Source of the DNA: Candidatus Berkelbacteria bacterium
GTDB lineage: Bacteria; Patescibacteriota; UBA1384; VFKW01
Direction: 5' to 3'
Length of the DNA: 45,458 nucleotides
Assembly (NCBI GenBank): GCA_009885355.1
Contig: VFKW01000035.1
Location: 1 to 45,458, forward strand
In this document: positions 1-13,508 of the stretch, piece after piece
Numbering within the stretch: the stretch's first letter is position 1
How the letters are laid out: every line of letters starts with the position of its first letter
Program-made: the position numbers and the translations under genes
Notes under the pieces: generated by a model
Seen by the model: the letters and a program-made list of their open reading frames with translations, nothing else
Database searches by the model: none
Told to the model about the DNA's origin: nothing

Positions 1-2
1 CT

Positions 3-1151
3 ATCAGATGGTTGATACACATCTACTTCAAGAGCGTATGAAACCACCGTTGGAGTCAAGCCATCGTTCTGATCAACATCTTCCATCATAAGATGTGGAT
101 CATCGCCATTAGCCGGGTTGTTGCTGCTTAATGGCGCCCATTTTGTAGAAGAAAAGTTCGCAATACCTGTCAGACCGGAGTATTGAGTTGTATTATAACC
201 CAACCAGCCGGTATTAGCATTTTTAGTCGGTGCGGTTGGCGAAGTCCAGACTTGTGGAGTTGTCGCATTTGCCGCATTTCCAGCATAAGGATCAATATTA
301 TTTCCAGCGACCGACGTTCCTGTTAATGGTGTTGTCATTAGACCATAAACTATAAATCCATTATTAGCGTTGGTCCTCACCGTCAAACTGTGCGCCAATA
401 ATCTGATTGCATTTGGCGTCAAGGTCAAAAATGGAAGTGTATTGTAAGTTGAATCATTTGTTGTGTCATCTGTACCGTTTGCATCACCAACGGCTGTGGC
501 AACTGCAACTCCTGCTACGACAAATGTCAAAGCTGGATCAATTTTTGCCGTCATTGTCACATCAGCGGTAATATCATAAGTCAAAACTACATTATCTTTC
601 TTTTGACCATCAAGCATGCCTTCATTGTTCCAAGTTTGGATTTCGATAAAACATGTACCAGCCGATAAATTTCCATTGCCGGTCCCGGCATTGTTTGTAC
701 TTGTACAACCTGGAGTAACATCTCCACGCTGGGAAATATCCGGATTGACAATTCCATCCATGGTCCACTCAAGGGCTGCACCACTGGCAATTTCAGCTCC
801 TGCGGCATTTATCAATGTGATACCGGTTGAGATTGTGGAAACATCAGCTGTCCAATCCCCTACAACACCTGAATTTATAGCAAATAATGATGCTCCTAAA
901 ATGTCCAGTGAAGTTGGTGTCGTTCCACCTGTTGCCGCACTTTTCCAGTTCATTCTGATAGCTTTAACATTATGGGTTGAACCCAATGTCATCTTAAAGA
1001 TATATTTCGATCCAACTACTGGTTTTGGATTTGAAAGTCGGACACTTGCATTACCCATCAGTGCCGCTTGTGCCTGTATTGGCATGTAGAAACCAGCTAC
1101 CGTCATAAACGTTATGACAGCAACTAAAGCCTTGTGAAAATGTTTTTGCAT
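3..1151 (-). CDS. Secreted surface protein, WxL-like/CPR beta-rich family (partial; runs off the window start)
   Basis: Absent from the ORF track. ATG at 1151 follows GGAGGAG. Manual translation of both ends gives a signal peptide (MQKHFHKALVAVITFMTVAGFYMPIQAQA) and ...LTPTVVSYALEVDVYQPSD at the edge. Internal segments include DPALTFVVAG and TVRTNANNGF. Confidence 0.75.
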   Translation of the reverse strand, partial: MQKHFHKALVAVITFMTVAGFYMPIQAQAALMGNASVRLSNPKPVVGSKYIFKMTLGSTHNVKAIRMNWKSAATGGTTPTSLDILGASLFAINSGVVGDWTADVSTISTGITLINAAGAEIASGAALEWTMDGIVNPDISQRGDVTPGCTSTNNAGTGNGNLSAGTCFIEIQTWNNEGMLDGQKKDNVVLTYDITADVTMTAKIDPALTFVVAGVAVATAVGDANGTDDTTNDSTYNTLPFLTLTPNAIRLLAHSLTVRTNANNGFIVYGLMTTPLTGTSVAGNNIDPYAGNAANATTPQVWTSPTAPTKNANTGWLGYNTTQYSGLTGIANFSSTKWAPLSSNNPANGDDPHLMMEDVDQNDGLTPTVVSYALEVDVYQPSD

Positions 1152-1266
1152 TTTCTCCTCCTTTTACTTAATAATTTTTATACTTCTTAAAACAAAAATA
1201 ATATCATATTCTAATAAATTCCCCTTCCTTAAGTTTTTTAAGAATATTTAAGTTTTATTCTTTTAT

Positions 1267-1305
1267 TAATATACATGGGCCAAATAATAATATACATGGA
1301 CCAAA
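1267..1305. promoter_or_regulatory. 18-bp direct repeat, 21-bp period, possible operator
   Basis: TAATATACATGGGCCAAA (1267-1284) and TAATATACATGGACCAAA (1288-1305), about 115 bp upstream of the gene starting at 1151. Confidence 0.45.
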
Positions 1306-1398
1306 ATGGTTCGTTAACCTATAAAATTCTGACCAGTAAACAATCTATTATTATCATAAATTATACTAAAATGTCTGTCAATAGCTGCATTAGTATTC

Positions 1399-3982
<2,584 letters not shown>

Positions 3983-3995
3983 TTAGAGCTTCTCC

Positions 3996-5822
3996 TTAGG
4001 TTTTTGGTGCTGTTGTCGCCTCGGGCGCCTTTGACTTATCCACAGCCTCATCTGGCTTTGCTTCTTCTTTCTTTTCTGGACTTTCAGGTTTTTTATCATC
4101 TCCGGCCGCCCCTTCAACAGGTGCCGTGCTTGTCGGCTTTACTTGCGCCGCGATTACCTTATCATATTCAATTTTTAGTGATTTTGCTACCGGCGTGTCA
4201 TTTTCGGCTATAAATTTGACTAAAAAATCCTTCAACGGCGACAAATCTTTGTCATCTACCTTTTTAGTACTTGTTCTCTCGGTTAATACACTAAATTGGT
4301 CTATTTTTTTTCGATAAAAATCCACCAATTCAATCTTTAATTTTGCCACCAAATCTAAAGCTAAATAATCAATATAGCCTTCACAAGTCACAAAAAGTAA
4401 AATTGTTTCTTCCGTCGGCGTAAAATTTAATCCCGATGCTTGGTTGAAAAATTCCAAAATTCTTTTGCCGCGATTGATTTCTTTTTCTGTTTCTTGGGTG
4501 ATTTCCGTATTCATCGTCTCATAAGATTTCACTTCATTATAACGAGCCAATTGCGAACCGGCCATGCTGCCGTAATTTCTCAAAATTTTTGGCTGGATAC
4601 TTCCGCCGATACGAGAAACCGACGAGCTCGAATTTACCGCCGGCAATATACCATCGTGCAGCATCTGACTGTCAAGATAAATATGTCCGTCCGTGATCGA
4701 CATCAGATTTGTTGTTATATATTCTGAAATATCTCCATTTTGCGTTTCGCAAAGCGGCAAGGCTGTGATCGAGCCTCCGGTAAATTCAGTCGCCACCTTC
4801 GCGCTTCTTTCCAATAATCTGGAATGTAAATAGAAAATATCACCAGGATAGGCATCTCTACCAGGAGAGCGTTTTAAAAGTAGCGACATTTGACGATAAG
4901 CTTTGGCATGTTTTGATAAATCATCATATATAACCAGCGCATCTTTGCCCAAATCGCTAAAATATTCAGCGATTGCCGTTCCGGCGTAAGGCGCTAAATA
5001 ATTTAATGATGGCGGATCATCTGAACTCCCCATCACAATTGTTGTATATTCAAGCGCTCCATGCTTTCCCAAATACTGCGAAAAAGCCTTCACTTTTGCC
5101 TTTTGTCCTCCGATTGTCACATAAATACAGTAGATATTTTGACCTTTTAAATTACAAATAATATCTGCCATCAGGCGGGTTTTCCCGGTTTTTCTATCCC
5201 CAGTTACTAGTTCTCTTTGCCCGCGGCCAATCGGGATAATCGAATCAACCACCAAAAAACCGGTTTTCAATTGATCAATAATCGGTGTTCTCATATAAAC
5301 CGGCGGCGCCGGCCGTTCCACTTCCATCAATTTCGAGCCTCGAATTACTCCTTTGCCATCCAGTGGCTTGCCGATAGGAGAGATCACTCTTCCCAAAACT
5401 CCATTACCAGCCGGTATTTTTAAAGTTTTTTGCGTTGAAATTACCATATTACCTTTTTTGACTCCAAAATAATCACCCAAAACCACAGTTTCTACTAGGT
5501 CGCTTGAGATGCCAAGGACCAATACCAAAACATCGCCCCCCTCGTCCGTTTTGATTTTTAGCACATCATCAATCCGGGCATTTGACAGCCCGATAATTTT
5601 ACAAATCCCATCCCCGATATATATAACCTCGCCCACTTCCAAAATTTCAGGAGTAAGCTCGGCCTCGGGAAGTGATTTTTCCAGCATCTCGGTGATTTTT
5701 GATTGACTATCTCGGTCTTTTTTTATTATTTTTAAATCAATTCCCTCGAGTTCATCTTTCAAAAAATCTTCAATACTTCCAATCATCTGTTTTACCCTGC
5801 TTTCTGAATTGATTTCTTCCAT
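3996..5822 (-). CDS. atpA: F1 ATPase alpha subunit with N- and C-terminal extensions
   Basis: PIGRGQRELVTGDRKTGKT, YDDLSKHA, PGRDAYPGDIFYLHSRLLER and arginine finger SVSRIGG. Alternative start at ATG 5786. Confidence 0.97.
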   Translation of the reverse strand: MEEINSESRVKQMIGSIEDFLKDELEGIDLKIIKKDRDSQSKITEMLEKSLPEAELTPEILEVGEVIYIGDGICKIIGLSNARIDDVLKIKTDEGGDVLVLVLGISSDLVETVVLGDYFGVKKGNMVISTQKTLKIPAGNGVLGRVISPIGKPLDGKGVIRGSKLMEVERPAPPVYMRTPIIDQLKTGFLVVDSIIPIGRGQRELVTGDRKTGKTRLMADIICNLKGQNIYCIYVTIGGQKAKVKAFSQYLGKHGALEYTTIVMGSSDDPPSLNYLAPYAGTAIAEYFSDLGKDALVIYDDLSKHAKAYRQMSLLLKRSPGRDAYPGDIFYLHSRLLERSAKVATEFTGGSITALPLCETQNGDISEYITTNLMSITDGHIYLDSQMLHDGILPAVNSSSSVSRIGGSIQPKILRNYGSMAGSQLARYNEVKSYETMNTEITQETEKEINRGKRILEFFNQASGLNFTPTEETILLFVTCEGYIDYLALDLVAKLKIELVDFYRKKIDQFSVLTERTSTKKVDDKDLSPLKDFLVKFIAENDTPVAKSLKIEYDKVIAAQVKPTSTAPVEGAAGDDKKPESPEKKEEAKPDEAVDKSKAPEATTAPKT

Positions 5823-6334
5823 TGACTAGTTAATATATTCATCCTGGTCTTTAATGAATAATCCAATATAAAATTATCTTTTTTAATAATTGCCCCACCC
5901 AGAATATTTTTATCGACTTTTAGTTGAATTACGACCTTTCTTTCCATTTTTTTGGAGAGTTTGTCAGTCAAATTTCGGGTATCTTCGTCATTTAATTCTA
6001 TTGCCGCCGTTAAATTGAAAAAAACTATCTTGGCCGAAATTTCTGCAAATTCATCTGAAAACGTTTTAAAATGCCCCGGATCAAACAGCCAAAGATCGCC
6101 CTTTTTAATCAATTCTTCAAAATAATTTCGAAGAGAGTCCGTCTCAATATTTTCCAGATTTGACTCTACTAAAATTCGTCTTTTATCTGTCTCATCTCCT
6201 GAGGATTTAACCACCGAATTATATCCGATCTTGTCGGAAAATATCGATAAATCAAAAGAGATTTGCTCTAATTCGTCTTTTCTATAGATCAAATCTAAGA
6301 TCGCCTTCAAATATTTTTCGATCTCACTTGTCAT
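5792..6334 (-). CDS. atpH: F1 ATPase delta (OSCP-family) subunit, divergent
   Basis: C-terminal KVDKNILGGAIIK...DYSLKTRM motif. Lies immediately upstream of atpA. Confidence 0.85.
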   Translation of the reverse strand: MTSEIEKYLKAILDLIYRKDELEQISFDLSIFSDKIGYNSVVKSSGDETDKRRILVESNLENIETDSLRNYFEELIKKGDLWLFDPGHFKTFSDEFAEISAKIVFFNLTAAIELNDEDTRNLTDKLSKKMERKVVIQLKVDKNILGGAIIKKDNFILDYSLKTRMNILTSQWKKSIQKAG

Positions 6335-6839
6335 CGTTTATCTCGCCTTCAACTTCTAAAAATGCTTTTTCGATCAGTTCTCTGTGGTCTTCATAAGTCA
6401 AACTTTTTGCCAAAACTTTTTTTGCCACTCCCATCACCAAGTCAACCATTTTTGTCTGCACTTCTTTTTTCTGTTCTTCTAGAAAATTATCCGCTTCTTC
6501 TTTTACATCTTCTTCGATTTTCTTCGCTTTTTCTTGTGCTTTTTTAATGATCTCGTCTGCCTGGCTCTTATCAATTATTACTTCTTTTGGTTTATTGAGT
6601 CTTTCCCGCAATATTTGTCGGTGCTTGTCTTCCAAGTCCTGAACAATCGATTTTAATTTTGCAATCTCTTTTTTTTCTCTAGCTTTTCTCTCTGCGATCT
6701 GTTGCAAATACTTTTCTTTTATTTCATGCAATTTCTTTTCGGCGATTTGTTGGATCTTTTTTTCTCGGTAATTAAAATAATAGCCTAAGAGAAATAGACA
6801 AACTCCGGTAATTGCTAAATTGGTAAATAAAACGTTCAT
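6324..6839 (-). CDS. atpF: Fo subunit b-like peripheral stalk protein
   Basis: Single N-terminal TM helix, long K/E-rich coiled coil and a b-like C-terminus (LVMGVAKKVL...DHRELIE). Lies before atpH, with a GGAGG RBS. Confidence 0.75.
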   Translation of the reverse strand: MNVLFTNLAITGVCLFLLGYYFNYREKKIQQIAEKKLHEIKEKYLQQIAERKAREKKEIAKLKSIVQDLEDKHRQILRERLNKPKEVIIDKSQADEIIKKAQEKAKKIEEDVKEEADNFLEEQKKEVQTKMVDLVMGVAKKVLAKSLTYEDHRELIEKAFLEVEGEINDDK

Positions 6840-6857
6840 CTTTCCCCTCCAAATTTT

Positions 6858-8936
<2,079 letters not shown>

Positions 8937-8960
8937 TCAAATATTTCCCCAACCGCAAAT

Positions 8961-9103
8961 TAGTAGTTAGTAGTTGGGAGTTGGTAGCTAGGGGAATGCC
9001 GACGACATTGCCACAAAAAACTAGTGTTGCTCCATATCGTTTAGAATCGTCAACAAAACTTTAAACGGCCCCACAACTACTATCTACTAACTACCAGCTA
9101 CTA
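8961..9103. repeat. Inverted arrays of TAGTAGT-type heptamers enclosing a GC-closed stem
   Basis: Four heptamers at 8961-8988 and four inverted copies at 9076-9103. Inner GGGG..GCCG / CGGCCCC and GACGA / TCGTC can pair. Confidence 0.6.
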
Positions 9104-10342
9104 CTAGGTTTGCCAGAAGAACATCATAATACTGAAGTCGATTAGATTAACAAGACCGTCATTATTTATATCAGCCAATGGACTTGTTGACGCCCAGTAA
9201 TAAAGCAGGATAGAAAAATCCGTTAAATTGGTGCGGCTATCACAACTCAAATCGCCTTGGGATATGTCACAAGCCGGGTCTCCATCGGGCGGATCAACTG
9301 ACGGATCAACTACTTTAAAATTCAAACTAAAACTAAATAAGCTTTTATTGCCGATATTATCATGAACAAGTGTATATAGTACATGGTCCCCCAACTCAAA
9401 ATCATTTGTATTTGTCAGTGTATAACTGTAAGATCCATTGCTGGCAACTGTGTCTTCATAGCTTTGCAATGGCGGCTCTGTATAAGTAGTCAATCCCCAA
9501 TCTGAAATACTAATACCACTAGCAGTCAAAGGTTCTCCCCTTGTTATTTCAGTTTTATCAAGCTCAATTGTCGGTGGGATTATTATGCCGCTTACCTGGG
9601 TAACTATATAAGGCTGGATAAACATTCGAATTTCAACCGATGGCGTATAACGATCACGGAAATCAGTTCCATAGACCAATATTAAATGTTCATTTGGAGA
9701 AAAACCTGACATTAGTTGGGAAAAAGCGCCAGCGCCGTCAGATAGACAAGTGCCAATATTTACATTATTTTCTGTAAATGCTATCAGCATATTTGGACCG
9801 GCCTGGCCAGATACTATTATTTGTCCGTTATTTGCCGGTACCTCTGCTCGCACAATAACCGATCCATCTGTACTGGTTGCTAATATATGTGCTCGATTAT
9901 AGGTTATAGCTCCGTTTGCATCTGGTGAAATTTTAATATAGACATCAAACGCTCCCGGAATTGAAGGATTTTTTGCACGCAGATCATTTATACTTAAATA
10001 ATTATCAGGCAATAATTCGATCCCGGTAATTGTTAATGTATTGCCATTAATAGTATATTCAGGTGTTCCAGTAAAGCCACCTCCAAGGAATATTGGTGCT
10101 TGTACATTTGAAAAATATACGAAGTTAATTATCAAATAATCATCCACATGAAGAGTTTGCGAACCGGTTGGTAAACCAAAACGAATGTTATGCATAGCAA
10201 ATGCTTCCGGTGTATCATTGGAAATAATATCTTTTGGTGCATCAAGATAATCAATAGTAGCCGCTTTTACAAGCGGCAGTCTTGGGATAAGCACGCAAAT
10301 TAAAAGTGCTATCGATATAAATTTGGCAAACTTAAAATTCAC
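9104..10342 (-). CDS. Secreted Ig-fold protein with C-terminal dockerin-like domain
   Basis: Signal peptide, beta-rich body and a duplicated Ca-loop (GDLSCDSRTNLTDFSILL / ADINNDGLVNLIDFSIMM). Confidence 0.8.
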   Translation of the reverse strand: MNFKFAKFISIALLICVLIPRLPLVKAATIDYLDAPKDIISNDTPEAFAMHNIRFGLPTGSQTLHVDDYLIINFVYFSNVQAPIFLGGGFTGTPEYTINGNTLTITGIELLPDNYLSINDLRAKNPSIPGAFDVYIKISPDANGAITYNRAHILATSTDGSVIVRAEVPANNGQIIVSGQAGPNMLIAFTENNVNIGTCLSDGAGAFSQLMSGFSPNEHLILVYGTDFRDRYTPSVEIRMFIQPYIVTQVSGIIIPPTIELDKTEITRGEPLTASGISISDWGLTTYTEPPLQSYEDTVASNGSYSYTLTNTNDFELGDHVLYTLVHDNIGNKSLFSFSLNFKVVDPSVDPPDGDPACDISQGDLSCDSRTNLTDFSILLYYWASTSPLADINNDGLVNLIDFSIMMFFWQT

Positions 10343-10420
10343 AATAAATGCCCCTCTCTAACTAGATTATCATTTTTTTTATATAAATAACAGGCGTTTT
10401 AATGCATCCTTAGCTATGGA

Positions 10421-10470
10421 TAGAATATAGAAAAATAAGAGCCCGTAAGCTCTTATTTTTCTATATTCTA
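10421..10470. terminator. Perfect 22-bp stem hairpin downstream of the DUF916-like gene
   Basis: TAGAATATAGAAAAATAAGAGC-CCGTAA-GCTCTTATTTTTCTATATTCTA. Confidence 0.7.
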
Positions 10471-10490
10471 GGTTCTATATATTCTAAATT

Positions 10491-11426
10491 CTATTTAGTC
10501 AGATTATGCAACATCTTTTTGACATTCTTTCGTCCGGTGATCATAGCTACCAGTAAGATGATTACAATTACTATGATCGCTATTAGATATTTTGGGAAGA
10601 CAATAAACGCTGTAGTTGCCGATAAAGATTTTCCATCATTTTGCCCATATTTTGCAACCAAAGTTGCTGTATATCGATTTGCCAACATTCCTTTTGGTTT
10701 CCACACGGTTTCCATCTTTCGAATTGCTCCTGGTAATACATTCAATCCATTTAGATCGATTTGAGCTACTTTTTGGCCAAACATATTTGTAATTACGATC
10801 GTACCTTTTGGTCGAACGTGGTTATTACCAGTATCTTTTACTCGAAGATCAAGTGAAATAGGCCCTTTTTCATAATAATTTTTAGTTGTTTTAAATGAAG
10901 CAACGTTCGCTTCCTCTTTAACATTTCCAGATACTCGAAGTAAGATAAGTGATCCAACACGACTACTAACCGAAGCACCACTCTTAACTTCGCCGCCACC
11001 CATTACTACTAAAATCGAACCATAATGTCCGCCTGGTTCAGCATTTTTTGGTACATTAATTGAAAATGGAATTTCTTTTTCTTGTCCGGCAGCAAGTGTA
11101 AAAGTTTTAGGTTCTGGAAATACCCATTTGGATAATGAATAAGTTGTACTAGATTGACCATCGTCAATTAAAGCTACCCCGCCTTCTTCGCCGACTGCTT
11201 TAAAATCATCAACTATAATAGAGTATTTTGTTTCACTACCGGAATCATTTCTTACCTTGATTTTATCATTCAAGCTATCGCCTGGATTAGCATAAAGCTC
11301 AAAAGAAGGTGGTATGACCGTAATTCCTCTACCGCTTGTATCAGCCGCACTCACAAAAGACGGCGTGCCGAATAAAAATACCAGTGTACAAGCTCCTGCC
11401 AGGACAATTATCATCCTTTTTAGCAT
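10491..11426 (-). CDS. DUF916/WxL-interacting-protein-like surface protein with C-terminal TM anchor
   Basis: Signal peptide after an AAGGAG RBS (ATG 11426), VIPPSFEL, FSINVPKNAEPGGHYGSI, GNNHVRPKG, then a TM helix and basic tail. Confidence 0.75.
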   Translation of the reverse strand: MLKRMIIVLAGACTLVFLFGTPSFVSAADTSGRGITVIPPSFELYANPGDSLNDKIKVRNDSGSETKYSIIVDDFKAVGEEGGVALIDDGQSSTTYSLSKWVFPEPKTFTLAAGQEKEIPFSINVPKNAEPGGHYGSILVVMGGGEVKSGASVSSRVGSLILLRVSGNVKEEANVASFKTTKNYYEKGPISLDLRVKDTGNNHVRPKGTIVITNMFGQKVAQIDLNGLNVLPGAIRKMETVWKPKGMLANRYTATLVAKYGQNDGKSLSATTAFIVFPKYLIAIIVIVIILLVAMITGRKNVKKMLHNLTK

Positions 11427-11637
11427 AGAAACTCCTTTATAGCTTCTTACAATTATCATCATATATAACAATGATATAAATTAATATTAATCTTGTCAAA
11501 TAAAAACCATCTATTAACAAAGATCCCTTGGATCTTACATCAAGTATTTAAACCAAAATACCATTCCAGCTAATAATAAGAGTATTTTTAGTAAATGTCA
11601 AATTTTTATGCATATTTTTATTAAATAGTTCGCAAAA

Positions 11638-12666
11638 TTAGCTTTTTAAAATCGATAATTTACTTTTTTCTTCAGTGGTTAATTCGTTTTTAGCTTGCTC
11701 AAATTCTTGGATTATTCTCTCTTTGCCTCCCTCAACTTTCTGATCTACCAGGTCAAGCTTGCTTTCCAAAGAGGAAAGTGTTCCCAAATGGCTGTCAAAT
11801 AGATGCACAAGCTCTAAGTGCCTTTTCTTCTCTGTAAAATACAGTTTAATCGCCAAATTTACGACCAGTACAATTAATAATACTGTTGGCAATAAGCCAT
11901 AATATAATGGATTTTTAAAAGCTGAACCTTTGACAGATACTTTTGTGTTATCTTCTGAAGCTTTCAAAACATCTTCTTTGTTTGCTCCTGATCGTCCATT
12001 AACTTGTTTTAAGGATCCTTTTATTCTGCCGGGCACAGTATTGATATTTTTCAAAATCGGAATTGTCATCGCGTCATTACTTGGTTTCAATCCGCTTTCC
12101 TCTGGTGCGATTTTTTCCGGCGGTCCGCTTGCGGAAGCTGCCTCGCCAGTAGATGTGTCAGTCGGTGTTTGCCCCACACCGTAAGTATTTATTGACAAGG
12201 TCTTTACTGTAAAACCTTCGACTTGTGCTCCGGTCGGTCCGTATCTGGCCTCAAAATTCTTAATTTCGATCAAGGCCGTGCCAGCCGTTTTTACCTTGAA
12301 AACTAAAGTAGTGATCAGTCCTATTCCTGTAAAGCCTGCCTTGCCTACAATTCCACATTCATAGCGTGTTGCCGATTGTGTTCCTCCTGGCATCGGTAAA
12401 ACTGATCCACTGTTGCTTGGCGAATTTGACTCTGCTTGTAAAATTTCCGTCGGGTATGAAATATCAAATCCTACCGCTCCAACTGGATCAGTGCCGGTGT
12501 CGATATTTATTTTAACTTCGAGCTTTTGGCCGACTTCAACTGAACTCATCGATGGCATCAAAGTAACTTCTTTAGCCGCCGCCAATGTTTCAAGCGGCGA
12601 CAAAAATATCGCCCCCAAAATCGGTAGCAACAAAATCACGCAGATTTTTCTGGCTAAATTTATCAT
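11638..12666 (-). CDS. Cohesin-domain protein with TM helix and cytoplasmic coiled-coil tail
   Basis: Signal peptide, cohesin-like LEVKINIDTG..VGAVGFDISYP, S/T/P linker, TM (LLPTVLLIVLVVNLAI) and about 65 charged helical residues. Confidence 0.7.
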   Translation of the reverse strand: MINLARKICVILLLPILGAIFLSPLETLAAAKEVTLMPSMSSVEVGQKLEVKINIDTGTDPVGAVGFDISYPTEILQAESNSPSNSGSVLPMPGGTQSATRYECGIVGKAGFTGIGLITTLVFKVKTAGTALIEIKNFEARYGPTGAQVEGFTVKTLSINTYGVGQTPTDTSTGEAASASGPPEKIAPEESGLKPSNDAMTIPILKNINTVPGRIKGSLKQVNGRSGANKEDVLKASEDNTKVSVKGSAFKNPLYYGLLPTVLLIVLVVNLAIKLYFTEKKRHLELVHLFDSHLGTLSSLESKLDLVDQKVEGGKERIIQEFEQAKNELTTEEKSKLSILKS

Positions 12667-13223
12667 ATCCCCGCTTTGATCTTTATACTCACAGTATCCA
12701 AATCCTTCAATAAATTGGTTCCCTTACCGTCATTTGCCAACACCATACTCTGTTTACTAACCTTCAAATCGGTCGTTTTTATCGCTTTTGTTAAAAATTC
12801 GATCGTCTGCATCGTATTTTTCCCTTTAAATCCAGGGTAAGGCGTGCCGCAGGCTAGTTTTATCAAACCTTTTTCATTACTATAGCTATTTTCCGGATAA
12901 AATTTGCAAAAAGATTCAGTCGTATCATTTTTTATAACTTGCAGGACGCGCGGATCAAATTCAATATAGCTTTGGGCTGCATTTATATAATAATTATGAG
13001 TATCAACAATTATCTTCGCTTTAAAAGTTTTTCCCACTCCGCTTATTTCTGTCGGTGCTTCGATCGTCAAGGTCGAATTACTCTTATTGACCTGGGTTTT
13101 ATTCCAATCCACCCTCACTTTTGGATTTGGTTTAAAAAATAACGCATAAATAATAATTCCTGCTAATATTAAAACCAGCAAAAATTGCTTCTTGATAAAG
13201 TCTAGGATGATATCTTTATTCAC
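12663..13223 (-). CDS. N-terminally membrane-anchored cohesin-domain protein
   Basis: N-terminal TM, then FKAKIIVDT...INAAQSYIEFDP...VLANDGKGTN. Overlaps the next gene by 4 bp. Confidence 0.72.
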   Translation of the reverse strand: MNKDIILDFIKKQFLLVLILAGIIIYALFFKPNPKVRVDWNKTQVNKSNSTLTIEAPTEISGVGKTFKAKIIVDTHNYYINAAQSYIEFDPRVLQVIKNDTTESFCKFYPENSYSNEKGLIKLACGTPYPGFKGKNTMQTIEFLTKAIKTTDLKVSKQSMVLANDGKGTNLLKDLDTVSIKIKAGI

Positions 13224-13393
13224 TTTTCGTTCTCCTATTTAAAAATAATAAAAAACTGGTTCAATTTAATTTTAAATCAATTTCCAGTTTATTTATCGCC
13301 CTCCTAGCTTATATTGTTATTAATACTATTATAAAGTAAACAAGCGTCTTTTGCCAATATCCCTGTGCAACAATTCAGCTCTTTTGTGATTTA

Positions 13394-13447
13394 CCGTAGC
13401 CCAGACTTTAGTCTGCCCCCAGTCCGTAGCCCAGACTTTAGTCTGCC
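13394..13447 (+). repeat. Two identical 24-bp GTAG-type REP-like units
   Basis: CCGTAGCCCAGACTTTAGTCTGCC at 13394 and 13424, each with GTAG plus a CAGACT/AGTCTG hairpin. Confidence 0.75.
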
Positions 13448-13508
13448 TGGTTGGATCATAAGTTCCCGTCGCTTGCTCAAACTTCTTATACTCACTATAA
13501 TAAAATAG

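Noticed and set aside
587..1089. ORF-track entries 616..1089(+) and 587..808(-)
   Set aside because: Antisense or off-frame shadows of the real minus-strand gene starting at 1151.
13394..13447. CRISPR array
   Set aside because: Only two units with a 6-bp spacer and no cas genes. It fits a REP doublet better.
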